Positions 46,286 through 59,310 of a stretch of DNA of 64,000 nucleotides are shown piece after piece. The notes below the pieces were generated by a model. It saw only the letters and a list, made by a program, of their open reading frames with translations, ran no database searches and had not been told where the DNA came from. Source of the DNA: Actinomycetota bacterium (GTDB lineage Bacteria > Actinomycetota > Actinomycetes > Actinomycetales > Microbacteriaceae). Positions within the stretch are counted from its first letter, which is position 1; the number at the start of each line of letters is the position of its first letter. Made by a program: the position numbers and the translations under genes. The stretch covers positions 15,162 to 79,161 of the forward strand of contig JBEGPW010000089.1 of the NCBI GenBank assembly GCA_041181225.1. Direction: 5' to 3'.

Positions 46286-46318
46286 CCTATGAGTTTATGA
46301 ACCTATGTTGTTTATGAA
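46286..46318. repeat. tandem direct repeat CCTATG(A/TT)GTTTATGAA x2 in the secG-rbpA junction
   Basis: Seen directly. Unit 1 is 46286..46301 and unit 2 is 46302..46318. They abut and are identical except A versus TT. Unit 2 covers the secG stop codon. Confidence 0.6.
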
Positions 46319-46572
46319 GTGAAACGAGTGATTAGTCCCAACACGACAATCACGATAATCCAAACGACACCGATGATCACGGTGATGCGGTTAAGGTTTC
46401 GCTCGGCTACGCCCGATGAGCTCAGGTTCGAGGTCATGCCGCCGCCAAACATGTCTGAAAGACCGCCGCCGCGTCCTTTGTGCAAAAGGATTAACAGGGT
46501 GAGCAAGAGGCTCGTAATTCCGAGAAGCACTAAAAGTGCTGTCTGAACAACGGCTAGTAGGTCGTTAAACAT
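46312..46572 (-). CDS. secG: preprotein translocase subunit SecG
   Basis: 86 aa with two TM helices and a Gly-rich loop (KGRGGGLSDMFGGG). Conserved position after tpiA. Confidence 0.85.
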   Translation of the reverse strand: MFNDLLAVVQTALLVLLGITSLLLTLLILLHKGRGGGLSDMFGGGMTSNLSSSGVAERNLNRITVIIGVVWIIVIVVLGLITRFTS

Positions 46573-46615
46573 GAAAATCCTTAGTTAGTTGCCCAAAAAA
46601 CAGGGCTAGAGAAAA

Positions 46616-47401
46616 TTATAAAGCTATGTGCTTTTGAAAGCGCGCAATGCCGCTGAATTCGTCGGCGTCAAGGCTGGCCCCGCCAACCAAAACTCCATCG
46701 ACCTCGGGGCTTCTCAAGAAGCCGGCAACGTTGGCTGCTTTCACAGAACCGCCATACAAAATTCGGGTTGAGGCCGCTACTTCAGCACCGTGTTCGGCGG
46801 CGATTGCTGCACGAATCTTGGCGGCAACCGAAGCGGCTTCTTCAGGAGTTGCCACCTTTCCGGTGCCAATTGCCCATACCGGCTCATAAGCGATTACGAA
46901 ATCTCCTAGAGATTCGTGACCCGCTAGAGCAGCCAGAGTTTGACGAACCGGAACCGCACTTTGACCCTCGGTCTCGAGCTCTTCAAGAGTTTCGCCAACA
47001 CAGATCACGGGAGCGATTCCGTGGCGAAACGCAGCCGCGGTTTTGGCTTGAATGTCGGCGTCAGTTTCGTTGTGATACTGACGACGCTCACTGTGGCCGA
47101 CCAAAACGTATTTGACGTCGAGCTTTTTCAAGAACGCGCCCGAAATTTCGCCGGTGTATGCACCGTTGTCAAAAGCTGACAGGTCTTGGGCTCCGAGCCC
47201 GATTTCAAACTTGTCGGCGTCGATCAGAGTCTGAACGCTTCGAAGGTCGGTGAAGGGTGGAAAGACCGCAACCTCAGCATCGGCATAGTTGTGCCCGGCG
47301 TCTTTTAGAGCCCAAGCCAGTTTTTGAACTAGAGCCAGTGCCTGCTGGTGGTCTAGGTTCATTTTCCAGTTGCCTGTGATGAGCGGAACACGATTAGTCA
47401 T
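46616..47401 (-). CDS. tpiA: triose-phosphate isomerase
   Basis: 261 aa with GNWKMN, VGHSERR and [11 protein letters not shown]. Confidence 0.95.
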   Translation of the reverse strand: MTNRVPLITGNWKMNLDHQQALALVQKLAWALKDAGHNYADAEVAVFPPFTDLRSVQTLIDADKFEIGLGAQDLSAFDNGAYTGEISGAFLKKLDVKYVLVGHSERRQYHNETDADIQAKTAAAFRHGIAPVICVGETLEELETEGQSAVPVRQTLAALAGHESLGDFVIAYEPVWAIGTGKVATPEEAASVAAKIRAAIAAEHGAEVAASTRILYGGSVKAANVAGFLRSPEVDGVLVGGASLDADEFSGIARFQKHIAL

Positions 47402-48599
47402 TTAAAACCTCCAAGCCGGGTAAGGCTTTTCCTTCTAGATACTCAAGGCTTGCGCCACCGCCGGTTGAGATGTGGCCGAATTGGTCGTCGGCGAATCCTA
47501 GAATGCGCACAGCAGCGGCCGAATCGCCACCTCCGACCACACTTAGGCCATCGACCTTTGTGAGCGCCTCAGCAACGGCTTTGGTGCCGTTAGCAAAAGC
47601 TTCAATTTCGAAAACACCCATCGGGCCGTTCCAAAAAACTGTTTTTGCCGCTGCAACTTTTGCGGCAAAATCTGCGGCGCTAACCGGGCCGATGTCGAGG
47701 CCTAAACCAGCTTCACCAAACGGGCTGCTTTCGATTGCGTCAGCCGCTGTGACAGCTACCTCAGCGTCAGGGCCAAACTTTGACGCCACAACGATGTCTG
47801 ACGGCAAAATGACCTCAACGCCGAGTTCGATGGCACGCTTTAGATATTTCTTGCAGGTGTCAATTTGGTCAACCTCAAGTAGGCTTTTTCCCACCTTGTG
47901 GCCCTGAGCAGCCAAAAACGTGAAGACCATTCCGCCACCAATGAGCAACTGGTCAACGTGCGGCAACAGGTGATCAATCACACCGAGCTTGTCAGAAACC
48001 TTTGAGCCTCCCAAAACCACCGCATAAGGGCGTTCTGGGTTTTTAGTTAGGCGGGTCAGAACCTCTAGCTCTTTTTCAATTAGGAAACCGCCAACACTCG
48101 GAAGTGCCTGGGCGAGCTCATAAACGCTGGCCTGCTTGCGGTGAACCACGCCAAAGCCATCGCTAACAAAAAAGTCGCCAAACTCAGCAAGTTGGGCTGC
48201 GAAAACTTGGCGCTCAGCCGCGTCTTTGCTGGTCTCGGCGGCGTTGAATCGTAGGTTCTCAAGAACTGCGACTCCCCCGTCGGACAACACTGCAACGGTT
48301 GCTTTAGCCTTGTCGCCGACGGTGTCGGCAGCAAAGGCAACCGGTTGTGCTAACAACTCACCGAGGCGAGCAGCGACCGGCGCTAGAGAATACTTTGGGT
48401 TCGGTTCGCCATCAGGACGGCCAAGGTGTGAAATCACAATCACCTTGGCGCCCTGCTCGACTAGGTACTTAATGGTTGGAACAGATGCCACGATGCGTCC
48501 GTCATCGGTGATTCGCTTGCCATCAAGCGGCACATTGAAATCACAACGGATGATGACGCGTTTGCCCTCGAGCGAAGGCAACGATGCGAGGTTTCGCAT
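47394..48599 (-). CDS. pgk: phosphoglycerate kinase
   Basis: 401 aa with R(C)[13 protein letters not shown] and STGGGASLE. Confidence 0.95.
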   Translation of the reverse strand: MRNLASLPSLEGKRVIIRCDFNVPLDGKRITDDGRIVASVPTIKYLVEQGAKVIVISHLGRPDGEPNPKYSLAPVAARLGELLAQPVAFAADTVGDKAKATVAVLSDGGVAVLENLRFNAAETSKDAAERQVFAAQLAEFGDFFVSDGFGVVHRKQASVYELAQALPSVGGFLIEKELEVLTRLTKNPERPYAVVLGGSKVSDKLGVIDHLLPHVDQLLIGGGMVFTFLAAQGHKVGKSLLEVDQIDTCKKYLKRAIELGVEVILPSDIVVASKFGPDAEVAVTAADAIESSPFGEAGLGLDIGPVSAADFAAKVAAAKTVFWNGPMGVFEIEAFANGTKAVAEALTKVDGLSVVGGGDSAAAVRILGFADDQFGHISTGGGASLEYLEGKALPGLEVLND

Positions 48600-48623
48600 G
48601 CTAAACCTAACTAAACTCGGGCT

Positions 48624-49649
<1,026 letters not shown>

Positions 49650-49728
49650 TTAGGCGCCAAAAAGCGCACGTTTAGGTGAGTAGCTTTTGTTTGGGTTTGC
49701 CACGCGCCGTCGGGTGGAAAATCTAATC

Positions 49729-50352
49729 TCAGATTAGCAGTAAGCCCTTGGTCTGAGTGCGAGCTGCGTCAAAACGAGCCTGAACATCTGGCCAAGAAAC
49801 GATGCTCCAAAACGCTTTTACATAGTCTGCCTTGACGTTTACGTAGTCAAGATAAAAAGCGTGCTCCCACATGTCAAGCATCAAAAGCGGAACGCTGGCG
49901 GGAGCCAAGTTACCCTGGTGGTCATAAAGCTGTTCGATGATGAGCTTCTCGCCCATTACGTCCCAAGCCAAGATGTTCCATCCGCTGCCCTGAATGCCCA
50001 ATGCCGAAGCGTTGAAGTGAGCCCGAAAGCCGTCGTAAGACCCAAAGAACTCTTCAATTGCTTGAGCTAGGTCGCCTTCGGGCTTGTCGCCCCCGGTTGG
50101 TGCGAGGTTAGTCCAAAAGATTGCGTGGTTGATGTGACCAGCCAAGTTGAAGGCCAGGTCCTTTTGCAACTTGTTTACCCAGGTCATGTCTTCTTTGGCG
50201 CGAGCATCTTCTAGCCCAGCGATTGCAGCGTTTGCACCGTTGACGTAAGCCTGGTGGTGCTTGCTGTGGTGAAGTTCCATGATGCGACCCGAGATTGCCG
50301 GCGCAAGGTCGCCGTAGTCGTAACTGAGGTCTGGAAGAGTGTAAAGACCCAT
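49729..50352 (-). CDS. sodA: Fe/Mn superoxide dismutase
   Basis: 207 aa with HHSKHH and DMWEHAYYL-type ([11 protein letters not shown]) metal ligand motifs. Confidence 0.9.
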   Translation of the reverse strand: MGLYTLPDLSYDYGDLAPAISGRIMELHHSKHHQAYVNGANAAIAGLEDARAKEDMTWVNKLQKDLAFNLAGHINHAIFWTNLAPTGGDKPEGDLAQAIEEFFGSYDGFRAHFNASALGIQGSGWNILAWDVMGEKLIIEQLYDHQGNLAPASVPLLMLDMWEHAFYLDYVNVKADYVKAFWSIVSWPDVQARFDAARTQTKGLLLI

Positions 50353-50392
50353 TTTGGGCTCCTTAATCGTGGAATTGGTTGCTTAGTTCAAT

Positions 50393-51367
50393 CTAATCGA
50401 TATCGTCGGGCAAGAAGGCATCGGTTGCCGGAATTCCAAGGTCTGAGGCCTTTTTATCGGCCATCGCCAATAAACGACGGATGCGCCCGGCAATTGCGTC
50501 TTTGGTCATCGGCGGGTCAGAGAGGTGACCGAGTTCGTCTAGGCTCGCCTGCTTGTGCTGAAGGCGCAACTCACCAGCATATTTGAGGTGTTCTGGAACG
50601 TCTTCGGCAAGAATCTCGAGCGCGCGCGCAACCCGCGCACCGGCGGCAACGGCCGCTTGGGCAGAGCGTCGCAGGTTGGCGTCGTCAAAATTTGCAAGAC
50701 GATTAGCGGTGGCACGCACTTCGCGGCGCAAACGCATTTCTTCCCACTTCAAAACTTGACCGTGAGAGCCCATTTGGGTCAACATGGTTGCAATAGCCTC
50801 GCCGTCACGAATCACAACTCTGAAAACACCGCGAACCTCGCGCGCCTTAGCCGTAACTCCCAAACGCCTCGCTACCCCAACCAAAGCCATCGCGGCTTCA
50901 TTACCTGGAGCGGTTATTTCGAGGGCTGCCGAACGACCTGGGTCGGTTAGAGAACCGTGCGATAAAAACGCGCCCCGCCATACGGCCTGAGCCTCGGCAA
51001 TCGAACCTGAAACCAATACCGCCGGAAGCCCCCTTACCGGACGACCACGCGAATCTAACAGGCCGGTTTGGCGGGCAAGAACGTCGCCGCCCTTAATGAC
51101 GCGAATTTGATATCGACTGCCGCGACGAATGCCGCTTGGCGAAATAACCGAAATTTCACTTTCGATGCCGTAAAGCTCAACGAGATCTTTCTTGACTCTT
51201 CTCGCAAGGGCTGCCGTGTCGACTTCGGCTTCGATGACGATTCGCCCAGCTATTAGGTGAAGCCCGCCGCAAAACCTGAGGATTGTCGAAAGTTCGGCTG
51301 CGCGAACCGCACTCTTAGTGATCTCTATTCTTGCTAGCTCGTCTTTGACGTCGCTGGTCAGGGCCAT
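50393..51367 (-). CDS. whiA: DNA-binding sporulation/cell-division regulator WhiA
   Basis: 324 aa. N-terminal LAGLIDADG-like modules ([14 protein letters not shown]) and a C-terminal HTH ([14 protein letters not shown]). Confidence 0.9.
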   Translation of the reverse strand: MALTSDVKDELARIEITKSAVRAAELSTILRFCGGLHLIAGRIVIEAEVDTAALARRVKKDLVELYGIESEISVISPSGIRRGSRYQIRVIKGGDVLARQTGLLDSRGRPVRGLPAVLVSGSIAEAQAVWRGAFLSHGSLTDPGRSAALEITAPGNEAAMALVGVARRLGVTAKAREVRGVFRVVIRDGEAIATMLTQMGSHGQVLKWEEMRLRREVRATANRLANFDDANLRRSAQAAVAAGARVARALEILAEDVPEHLKYAGELRLQHKQASLDELGHLSDPPMTKDAIAGRIRRLLAMADKKASDLGIPATDAFLPDDID

Positions 51368-51369
51368 CT

Positions 51370-52245
51370 CTATTCCTTGCCTAAGTCACGGTGTTTAAGG
51401 CTGACCGCAGCTTCATTTAACTTTGCCAGTTCGGCTGCAATCCGTTTTGAAATCGCAACCGAACGGTGTTTTCCACCGGTGCAACCGATCGCAATGGTGG
51501 CATACCGTTTGTTTTCTTTTAGATATCCGCGCAAGACCGGCTTTAGCGCAGCGATGTAGTTGTCGATGAATTCTTCAGCGCCTTCTTGGCCAAGAACATA
51601 ATCTGACACCTGCGGGTATTCCCCGGTGAACTGACGCAGCTCGTCTTTCCAAAACGGGTTGGGCAAAAACCTGGCGTCGGCAACCATATCTGCGTCACTT
51701 GGAACCCCATATTTGAAACCGAAGCTCATCACGGTTACCTGTAGCTGGTGAGTTTCATCGATTGAGAAACTCTCGGCGACCCGGTTAGAAAGTTGGTGAA
51801 CGTTTAGATCACTCGTGTCGAGAATCACGTCGGCCGATTCGCGAAGGTTCAACAACCTGCGGCGTTCCTCTGCTATGCCGTCGAGAATTGTTCCGTCGCC
51901 TTGAAGCGGATGAGGCCTTCGCACGTTTTCAAACCGCTTCACAAGGGTGCTGTCGCTGGCCTCTAAAAACAAAACTTTTATGTCGACACTGCGAGCTCGA
52001 ACCAACGTCAGGTTGGTGTTGAGTTCGCCAAAAAACTCTCCGCCGCGAACATCGATCACCACGGCAAGTCTTGGCAAAGGCGTTTCTGCCAAGCTGAAAA
52101 GTTCAGTAATCGGAACCAGCATTTGTGGCGGAAGGTTGTCAACAACATACCAGCCCAAATCTTCGAGTGCGTTTCCGACCGTTGATCGACCAGCACCAGA
52201 CATGCCCGTAACAACAAGCATTTCATGCTTCTTGCTTTCGACCAT
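51370..52245 (-). CDS. rapZ: RNase adapter / nucleotide-binding protein RapZ (YvcJ family)
   Basis: 291 aa with Walker [10 protein letters not shown] and a C-terminal [10 protein letters not shown] motif. Confidence 0.9.
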   Translation of the reverse strand: MVESKKHEMLVVTGMSGAGRSTVGNALEDLGWYVVDNLPPQMLVPITELFSLAETPLPRLAVVIDVRGGEFFGELNTNLTLVRARSVDIKVLFLEASDSTLVKRFENVRRPHPLQGDGTILDGIAEERRRLLNLRESADVILDTSDLNVHQLSNRVAESFSIDETHQLQVTVMSFGFKYGVPSDADMVADARFLPNPFWKDELRQFTGEYPQVSDYVLGQEGAEEFIDNYIAALKPVLRGYLKENKRYATIAIGCTGGKHRSVAISKRIAAELAKLNEAAVSLKHRDLGKE

Positions 52246-52288
52246 TTGGAACCTTTCGCCCTGTGTGTCTGAGTCTAACGACAGCGCG

Positions 52289-52310
52289 ACACGCCGAAGG
52301 TGTGTTTTTT
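52289..52310 (+). other. terminator-like hairpin with T-run, plus-strand polarity
   Basis: ACACGCC-gaa-GGTGTGT followed by TTTTT. It contains one G-T wobble, which would be a C-A mismatch on the minus strand. Confidence 0.35.
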
Positions 52311-52329
52311 CAGATTGTTACTTTGGAAA

Positions 52330-52358
52330 CCGCCCATTTACCTGCGGGCGGGCTTTTT
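52330..52358 (+). other. second terminator-like hairpin with T-run, plus-strand polarity
   Basis: CCGCCC-atttacctgc-GGGCGG followed by GCTTTTT. On the minus strand only TTTCC follows the stem. Confidence 0.35.
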
Positions 52359-52386
52359 CGAGTCAGATCTAGCGAGTCGGCGCAAA

Positions 52387-54261
52387 CTACTTTGCGAGCT
52401 CAAGCACAATCTGGCTCGCCAAAACCTCTCCGATTCCGGCGACCTCGGAGATTTCAGAAACGGTGGCAAGTTTAAGTCGTTTTGCCGAACCGAAATGCTT
52501 CAGAAGAGCCCTCACCCGCTTTTCACCAAGCCCTGGAATGTCTTGAAGTGTCGAAGCAATTGCGCTTGACCGCTTCTCGCGCTGGTAGGTGATTGCGAAT
52601 CGGTGAGCTTCATCGCGAATGCGTTGCAGCAAAAAGAGCTCGCTGGCGTTTCTAGGAAGAATCACCGGGTATGCCTCGCCGGGAAGCCAAACCTCTTCAA
52701 GCCGCTTAGCCAAGCCAGCGATCGCGATGTCTTTTACCCCGGAGTCTCTGAGAGCTCGAGCGGCAGCACTAACTTGAGGCTGGCCGCCATCGACAATCAG
52801 CAACCCTGGTCGATAGGCAAATTTGCTGACCGTGCCGTCAGCTGTTTTAGTCTCGTCGTCAACGGCGAGGTACTTTAGGCGGCGGCTGACGACCTGATAA
52901 ATCGACTCGGTGTCGTCTGTGGTGTTCTCGATGCTGAAGCGGCGGTAGTGATCTTTTTTGGGCAAACCGTCTTCAAAAACCACCATGGATGCAACCACCC
53001 CGGTTCCTCCCAGATGGGATACGTCGAAACATTCGATGCGCAAAGGAGCGGTCGGCAGATTGAGTGCGGTTTGAATTCCGTTCAAGGCGTCGGACCGAGC
53101 TATAAAGTCGGTGCTTCGCTTAGTTTTATAGAGCATGAGCGCGTGTTTTGCGTTGGTCTCAGCGGTTTTTGCCAAGGCTGCTTTGTCGCCTCGTTGGGCG
53201 ACTCGAATCTCAACTTTGCTTCCTCTCAGCTGACTGAGCCAGTCGGTGAGAGCCTCGGCATCAGCTGGCATTATCGGAACCAAGATTTCTTTGGGAATGC
53301 TCTCTGGCGTGCCTTCGGCCAGGGCCAAGTCACCGTAGCTGTTTTGAATTACGTATTCGACCAGCTCAGATAAGTCGCGCTCGAGCTCTTTGTCGACGAC
53401 CCAACCGCGAACACCTCGGATGCGCCCGCCACGCACAATGAACTGGCTCACAGCTGCTGCCAGTTCGTCGTCGGCGATGCCAAAAAGATCAGCATCGGTC
53501 TGGTCGTTGAACACGACAACGCTCTTTTCGAGGACTGTTTCGAGGGCTCCGATGTTGTCGCGCAGTCTGGCGGCAAGTTCATAGTTTTGGGCCTCAGAAG
53601 CCTCGATCATTCTTTTGCGCAGAGTTGCCACGTGGTCGATGTCGCCGCCGCCCATGAAATCGGCGAATTGTTTGGCGATGGCTTTGTGTTCGGGTTTCGT
53701 CACGCGGTCGATGCAGGGCGCTGCGCATTTTCCGATATCGCCAAGCAGGCATGCTCGCTTCTCGCGTTTGGCACGCTGATAGATGCCCGATGAGCAGGTT
53801 CGCACCGGGTAAACCTTCAACAAGACATCGAGGGTTTCGCGCACTGCCCAAGCTTGGGTGTAGGGTCCGAAATACTTTGCGCCTTTGATGTCGCGATTTC
53901 TTGTGATGAGCGCTCGAGGAACCTCGTCACCTAGAGTGACCGCCAGATAGGGGTAACTCTTATCGTCTCGGAACCGCACGTTGAACGGCGGGTTGAACTC
54001 TTTGATCCAAGTGAACTCGAGCTGCAGAGCTTCAAACTCGCTATTTACGATTACCCATTTCACATCGGCAGCCGAAGTGACCATGCGGCGAGTTCGTTCA
54101 TGAAGGCTGTCGAGCGGGCCAAAGTAGTTGCTCAATCGAGCGCGAAGATTTTTGGCTTTGCCAACGTAGAGCACTCTTCCGTCGGCGTCAAACCAGCGAT
54201 AAACACCTGGTTGGGTGGGTATGTCGCCGGTTTTGGGTCTAAACCAGAGCTCTTCGGCCAT
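52387..54261 (-). CDS. uvrC: excinuclease ABC subunit C
   Basis: 624 aa with the GIY-YIG N-terminus ([22 protein letters not shown]), a UVR domain, and C-terminal RNase H-like and HhH2 regions. Confidence 0.95.
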   Translation of the reverse strand: MAEELWFRPKTGDIPTQPGVYRWFDADGRVLYVGKAKNLRARLSNYFGPLDSLHERTRRMVTSAADVKWVIVNSEFEALQLEFTWIKEFNPPFNVRFRDDKSYPYLAVTLGDEVPRALITRNRDIKGAKYFGPYTQAWAVRETLDVLLKVYPVRTCSSGIYQRAKREKRACLLGDIGKCAAPCIDRVTKPEHKAIAKQFADFMGGGDIDHVATLRKRMIEASEAQNYELAARLRDNIGALETVLEKSVVVFNDQTDADLFGIADDELAAAVSQFIVRGGRIRGVRGWVVDKELERDLSELVEYVIQNSYGDLALAEGTPESIPKEILVPIMPADAEALTDWLSQLRGSKVEIRVAQRGDKAALAKTAETNAKHALMLYKTKRSTDFIARSDALNGIQTALNLPTAPLRIECFDVSHLGGTGVVASMVVFEDGLPKKDHYRRFSIENTTDDTESIYQVVSRRLKYLAVDDETKTADGTVSKFAYRPGLLIVDGGQPQVSAAARALRDSGVKDIAIAGLAKRLEEVWLPGEAYPVILPRNASELFLLQRIRDEAHRFAITYQREKRSSAIASTLQDIPGLGEKRVRALLKHFGSAKRLKLATVSEISEVAGIGEVLASQIVLELAK

Positions 54262-54297
54262 TATTCTAGGGTTGCTCTCAACTTGGCTAACACGAGG

Positions 54298-57165
54298 CTA
54301 GACCAAAACCTCGGCCAAGAATTTTCCGGTGAAGCTCTTTGGGTTTTTAGCGACCTGCTCGGGGGTTCCGAGGGCGATTATCTCTCCGCCGCCCGACCCT
54401 CCCTCTGGTCCTAGGTCGATCACCCAGTCTGCGCTCTTGATGACGTCTAGGTTGTGTTCGATCACAATCACAGTGTTCCCCTTTTCAACCAAACCGTTTA
54501 GAACTAAAAGCAACTTGCGAACATCTTCGAAGTGCAGGCCGGTGGTCGGTTCATCCAACACATAAATCGTTCGCCCATATGATCTGCGCTGGAGCTCAGT
54601 TGCCAGCTTGACACGCTGTGCTTCGCCGCCAGAAAGAGTTGTTGCGCTCTGACCAAGTCGCACATAGCCGAGTCCAACCTCGACCAAAGTCACCAAGAAT
54701 CGCGCAATCGAAGAAATCGGCGCAAAAAACTCGGCAGCCTCAACAATCGGCATTTCTAGAACCTCTGCGATGTTTTTGCCCTTGTAGAGCACCTGCAGTG
54801 TCTCGCGGTTGTAACGCGCACCGTGGCAAACCTCGCAAGCCACATAAACATCTGGCAAGAAGTTCATTTCAATTTTGAGAGTGCCATCGCCACTGCAACT
54901 CTCGCAGCGACCACCTTTTACGTTGAAGCTAAAACGCCCCTGCAGGTATCCCCTGGCCTTTGATTCTTGCGTGTCGGCGAAGAGCTTTCGAATGTTGTCG
55001 AAAACGCCGGTATACGTTGCTGGGTTTGAACGCGGGGTTCGGCCAATCGGGTTTTGGTCAACGTGTACGACCTTGTCGAGCTGCTCGATTCCCTCGATGC
55101 GCGTGTGCCGCCCGGCAACACCTTTGGCGCCGTTGAGCGCGTTGGCGAGAACCTCATAGAGCACGTCGTTCACGAGCGAAGACTTGCCTGAGCCACTCAC
55201 ACCGGTCACCGCGGTGAACGAGCCCAGCGGAAACTCGACGTCTACGTTCCTAAGATTGTTTTCACGCGCGCCAACCACTTTGATGACGCGTGCAGGGTCG
55301 ATTTTTCGACGTGTTGCAGGCGTTGCAATCGACTCACGACCTGACAAAAATGCTCCGGTGATTGATTTTTTATTTGTCAGAAGAGCCTCGTATGGGCCGC
55401 TGTGCACGACCTCGCCACCGTTGACGCCGGCGCCCGGGCCAATGTCGACTACCCAGTCACTTGCCTTGATGGTGTCTTCGTCATGCTCAACAACCAGCAG
55501 CGTGTTTCCTAGATCGCGAAGTTTGATGAGAGTGTCAATCAGGCGTCGATTGTCGCGCTGGTGCAGGCCAATGCTCGGCTCGTCGAGAACATACAAAACT
55601 CCGGTCAACCCTGAACCAATCTGGGTCGCCAACCGAATGCGCTGGGCTTCGCCGCCAGAAAGAGTTCCGGCGGCGCGCTCGAGACTCAAGTAGTCAAGGC
55701 CAACGGCCATCAAAAAGTCGAGTCGCGCTCGAATTTCACGCAAAACCTGAGCGGCAATCTTTACGTCACGGTCGTCAAGCTCAAGCCCTTCGAAAAACGC
55801 AACCGCCTTGCCGAGGCTCATTCGAGCAACATCGGCGATGGATGCATCGGCAACTTTCACAGCAAGAACTTCGGGGCGCAACCGAGCGCCATCGCAGGCT
55901 GGGCAGGCAACCTCGCGCAAAAAGCCAGACCAGCGCTCGCGAGCGTAACCCATTTCAGACTCAAGATATTTACGCTCAATGTAGCTCAACACGCCCTCGA
56001 AGCCCGTGGTGTAGCGCAGCTCGCGGCCATACTTATTTTTCCATTTGACCTGAACGTCAAAGTTATTTCCCAGCAGAACAGCCTGTTGAACCTCTTCGGG
56101 CAGTTTGTTCCAAGGTGTGTCGAGTGAAAATTCGAGATCGCTCGCTAGGCCCTCGAGCATGCGCGAAAAGTAATGAAAGAGCCCCTTGCCCTGGGTTGAC
56201 CACGGCAAAATCACGCCTTGATTAATGCTTGCGTCTGGGTCGCCAACGACAAGGTCAGCATCAACCGACATTTTGGTGCCCAAGCCGCTACAAAGCTGGC
56301 ACGCTCCAAACGGGGCGTTAAATGAAAACGTGCGAGGCTCGATTTCAGTTAGAGAAAGCGGATGCTCGTTTGGGCACGAAAGTTTTTCGCTGAAAACACG
56401 AGACTTGCCAGCGGCCCCGACCTCAACGTCGACAAAGTCAATCACTATTCGGCCGCCGGCAAGTTTTAGCGCCGTTTCAACCGAGTCGGTGAGGCGCCCC
56501 ACGATGTCACCTTTTGACACCAAACGGTCGACCACGACTGAGATGTCATGCTTAAAAGTCTTCTTTAGCGGCTTTGCGTCGGCGAGGGTAATGATTTCAC
56601 CGTCGACGACGGCGCGTGCGTAGCCCTGCGAAACTAAGTCTTTGAAAAGGTCAACGAATTCGCCCTTTTTTTGGTCTACCAATTGAGCCAAAACCTGAAA
56701 ACGAGTGCCATCTTCAAATTCGAGAATTTGGTCGACTATTTGCTGAGCCGACTGCTTGACGATTTTCTCGCCACACTCAGCGCAGTATGGCACGCCGATG
56801 CGGGCCCAAAGCAGGCGCAGATAGTCGTGGATCTCGGTGATGGTTCCGACAGTTGAACGTGGATTGCGGTTTGTCGATTTTTGGTCAATCGAAACCGCGG
56901 GGCTTAGCCCCTCAATGAAGTCAACATCGGGGCGGTCGACTTGCCCCAAAAACTGTCGGGCATAGGCCGAGAGGCTTTCGACATAGCGACGTTGCCCTTC
57001 GGCAAAAATTGTGTCAAAAGCCAGCGAGGACTTGCCAGAACCACTAAGCCCGGTAAACACGACCATCGAGTCACGGGGCACCTCAAGATTGATGTTTTTG
57101 AGGTTGTGAACGCGCGCACCTTTGATGATGAGTTTGTTCTCGTGGTGAATGTTGGTGATAGTCAT
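54298..57165 (-). CDS. uvrA: excinuclease ABC subunit A
   Basis: 955 aa with two ABC modules ([18 protein letters not shown]), zinc-finger Cys clusters and LSGGEAQR signatures. Confidence 0.95.
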   Translation of the reverse strand: MTITNIHHENKLIIKGARVHNLKNINLEVPRDSMVVFTGLSGSGKSSLAFDTIFAEGQRRYVESLSAYARQFLGQVDRPDVDFIEGLSPAVSIDQKSTNRNPRSTVGTITEIHDYLRLLWARIGVPYCAECGEKIVKQSAQQIVDQILEFEDGTRFQVLAQLVDQKKGEFVDLFKDLVSQGYARAVVDGEIITLADAKPLKKTFKHDISVVVDRLVSKGDIVGRLTDSVETALKLAGGRIVIDFVDVEVGAAGKSRVFSEKLSCPNEHPLSLTEIEPRTFSFNAPFGACQLCSGLGTKMSVDADLVVGDPDASINQGVILPWSTQGKGLFHYFSRMLEGLASDLEFSLDTPWNKLPEEVQQAVLLGNNFDVQVKWKNKYGRELRYTTGFEGVLSYIERKYLESEMGYARERWSGFLREVACPACDGARLRPEVLAVKVADASIADVARMSLGKAVAFFEGLELDDRDVKIAAQVLREIRARLDFLMAVGLDYLSLERAAGTLSGGEAQRIRLATQIGSGLTGVLYVLDEPSIGLHQRDNRRLIDTLIKLRDLGNTLLVVEHDEDTIKASDWVVDIGPGAGVNGGEVVHSGPYEALLTNKKSITGAFLSGRESIATPATRRKIDPARVIKVVGARENNLRNVDVEFPLGSFTAVTGVSGSGKSSLVNDVLYEVLANALNGAKGVAGRHTRIEGIEQLDKVVHVDQNPIGRTPRSNPATYTGVFDNIRKLFADTQESKARGYLQGRFSFNVKGGRCESCSGDGTLKIEMNFLPDVYVACEVCHGARYNRETLQVLYKGKNIAEVLEMPIVEAAEFFAPISSIARFLVTLVEVGLGYVRLGQSATTLSGGEAQRVKLATELQRRSYGRTIYVLDEPTTGLHFEDVRKLLLVLNGLVEKGNTVIVIEHNLDVIKSADWVIDLGPEGGSGGGEIIALGTPEQVAKNPKSFTGKFLAEVLV

Positions 57166-57192
57166 TTGCTTATCCTAAACGGCGTTTGCCGG

Positions 57193-59310
57193 CTAAATGT
57201 GGCCAGCTTTTTCGATTTGTCTGAGTTCGTGTTTCAGTTCGCTGATTTCGTCACGCAGGCGAGCAGCAAGCTCGAATTTGAGCTCTGACGCAGCCAGTTT
57301 CATCTGCTCGTCGAGGTCAATAACTACCTTGAGAATCTCGTCATAAGCCATGCCGCCGATGCCTGGGCGCCCACGCATGCTGTCTTCGCCACGTTTTCCG
57401 GTGGTCGCAGTTTGCTGTTTTGCCGCGTTCTTGCCACCTTGGCCACGACGACTCTTTTGGGCCTCGAGAATCAGCTCGGCGGTGTCTTGTTCCTCGCGCA
57501 AAATGTCGTCGGTGATATCGCTAATTTTCTTGCGCAGCGGTTGCGGGTCGACACCACGCTCAAAGTTGTATGCCACCTGTTTCTCGCGGCGGCGGTTGGT
57601 TTCATCGATTGCTCGCGCCATTGAGTCGGTGATGCGGTCGGCATACATGTGAACCTCGCCGCTGACGTTGCGAGCAGCACGCCCAATAGTTTGAATCAGC
57701 GATGTGGTCGACCTCAAAAAACCCTCTTTATCGGCGTCAAGAATCGACACCAGTGACACTTCAGGAAGGTCGAGCCCCTCACGCAAGAGGTTGATGCCGA
57801 TGAGCACGTCAAAAACCCCCTGGCGAAGCTCACGCAACAGCTCCACACGCCTGAGAGTGTCGACGTCGCTGTGGAGGTATCTCACCCTCACGCCAGCTTC
57901 GGTGAGGAACTCGGTGAGTTCCTCAGACATTTTCTTGGTTAGGGTCGTGACCAGCACACGCTCGTCTTTAGCCGCGCGCACGCGAATCTCTTCGAGAAGG
58001 TCATCAATCTGACCTTTGATTGGTTTGATCACTACCTTCGGGTCGACCAAACCGGTAGGGCGAATGATCTGCTCCACTACCCCATCGACCAAAGCCATTT
58101 CATATTTGCCCGGAGTCGCTGACAGGTATACGGTTTGGCCGACTCGCTCTTTGAACTCAGAGAACTTCAGCGGGCGGTTATCCATCGCGCTCGGCAAGCG
58201 AAAGCCGTGCTCCACCAGGGTGCGTTTTCGGCTCGCGTCGCCTTCATACATCGCGCCAATTTGTGGCACCGTCACGTGGGACTCGTCGATGACCATCAAA
58301 AAGTCTTCGGGAAAATAGTCGAGCAGGCAACTCGGCGCAGTTCCTGGCTCGCGCCCGTCGATGTAGCTCGAATAGTTTTCGATGCCAGAGCAAAACCCGA
58401 GCTCACGAATCATTTCAAGGTCAAAGGTCGTGCGCATTTTGAGTCGCTGAGCCTCAAGTAGTTTTCCCTGCATTTCGAGTTCTTTGACGCGAGAGACCAT
58501 TTCGGCCTCGATTTCTTCCATCGCGATGCCCATGCGCTCTGGCGTAGCAACGTAGTAACTTGCCGGGAAAATCGCAATGGCTTTTTCGCGCGTGACGATG
58601 TCACCGGTCAAGGGGTGCAGTGTATAAATAGCCTCAACCTCGTCGCCAAACATCTCGATGCGAACGGCGAGTTCGTCGTAAACCGGAATGATTTCGATGG
58701 TGTCACCCTTGACGCGAAAGTTTCCTCGCGAAAAGTCAACGTCGTTTCGCTTGTATTGCATCGCCACAAACTTGCGAATCAGATCATCGCGATCGACTCG
58801 GTCACCCTCTTGAATCGCCAAACTCTGTTCGAGATATTCCTTTGGAGCACCCAGCCCGTAAATGCACGAGACCGTAGACACCACAACAACATCGCGTCGA
58901 CTGAGCAGGCTCATCGTGGCTTTGTATCGAAGGCGCTCAACCTCAGAGTTGATTGAGGAGTCTTTCTCAATGAAAGTGTCAGTTTGAGGAACGTAGGCTT
59001 CAGGCTGGTAATAGTCGTAATAGCTAACGAAGTATTCAACCGCGTTATTTGGCAATAGAGAACGAAACTCTTGAACCAGCTGGGCAGCCAAGGTTTTATT
59101 GTGGGCCAAGACTAAAGTGGGTCTCTGCAAAGCCTCAATCAGCCACGCGGTAGTCGCTGATTTTCCGGTTCCGGTAGCACCCAACAAAACCACGTCGGTC
59201 TCACCATTATTGATGCGCTTGGTCAGCTCTGCAATGGCTGTTGGTTGATCGCCCGACGGGGTGTATCCGCTAACGACTTCAAATGGAGCGAAAGAACGGG
59301 TCTCCTCCAT
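57193..59310 (-). CDS. uvrB: excinuclease ABC subunit B
   Basis: 705 aa with helicase motifs ([12 protein letters not shown]), the beta-hairpin region and a C-terminal UVR domain ([11 protein letters not shown]). Confidence 0.95.
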   Translation of the reverse strand: MEETRSFAPFEVVSGYTPSGDQPTAIAELTKRINNGETDVVLLGATGTGKSATTAWLIEALQRPTLVLAHNKTLAAQLVQEFRSLLPNNAVEYFVSYYDYYQPEAYVPQTDTFIEKDSSINSEVERLRYKATMSLLSRRDVVVVSTVSCIYGLGAPKEYLEQSLAIQEGDRVDRDDLIRKFVAMQYKRNDVDFSRGNFRVKGDTIEIIPVYDELAVRIEMFGDEVEAIYTLHPLTGDIVTREKAIAIFPASYYVATPERMGIAMEEIEAEMVSRVKELEMQGKLLEAQRLKMRTTFDLEMIRELGFCSGIENYSSYIDGREPGTAPSCLLDYFPEDFLMVIDESHVTVPQIGAMYEGDASRKRTLVEHGFRLPSAMDNRPLKFSEFKERVGQTVYLSATPGKYEMALVDGVVEQIIRPTGLVDPKVVIKPIKGQIDDLLEEIRVRAAKDERVLVTTLTKKMSEELTEFLTEAGVRVRYLHSDVDTLRRVELLRELRQGVFDVLIGINLLREGLDLPEVSLVSILDADKEGFLRSTTSLIQTIGRAARNVSGEVHMYADRITDSMARAIDETNRRREKQVAYNFERGVDPQPLRKKISDITDDILREEQDTAELILEAQKSRRGQGGKNAAKQQTATTGKRGEDSMRGRPGIGGMAYDEILKVVIDLDEQMKLAASELKFELAARLRDEISELKHELRQIEKAGHI

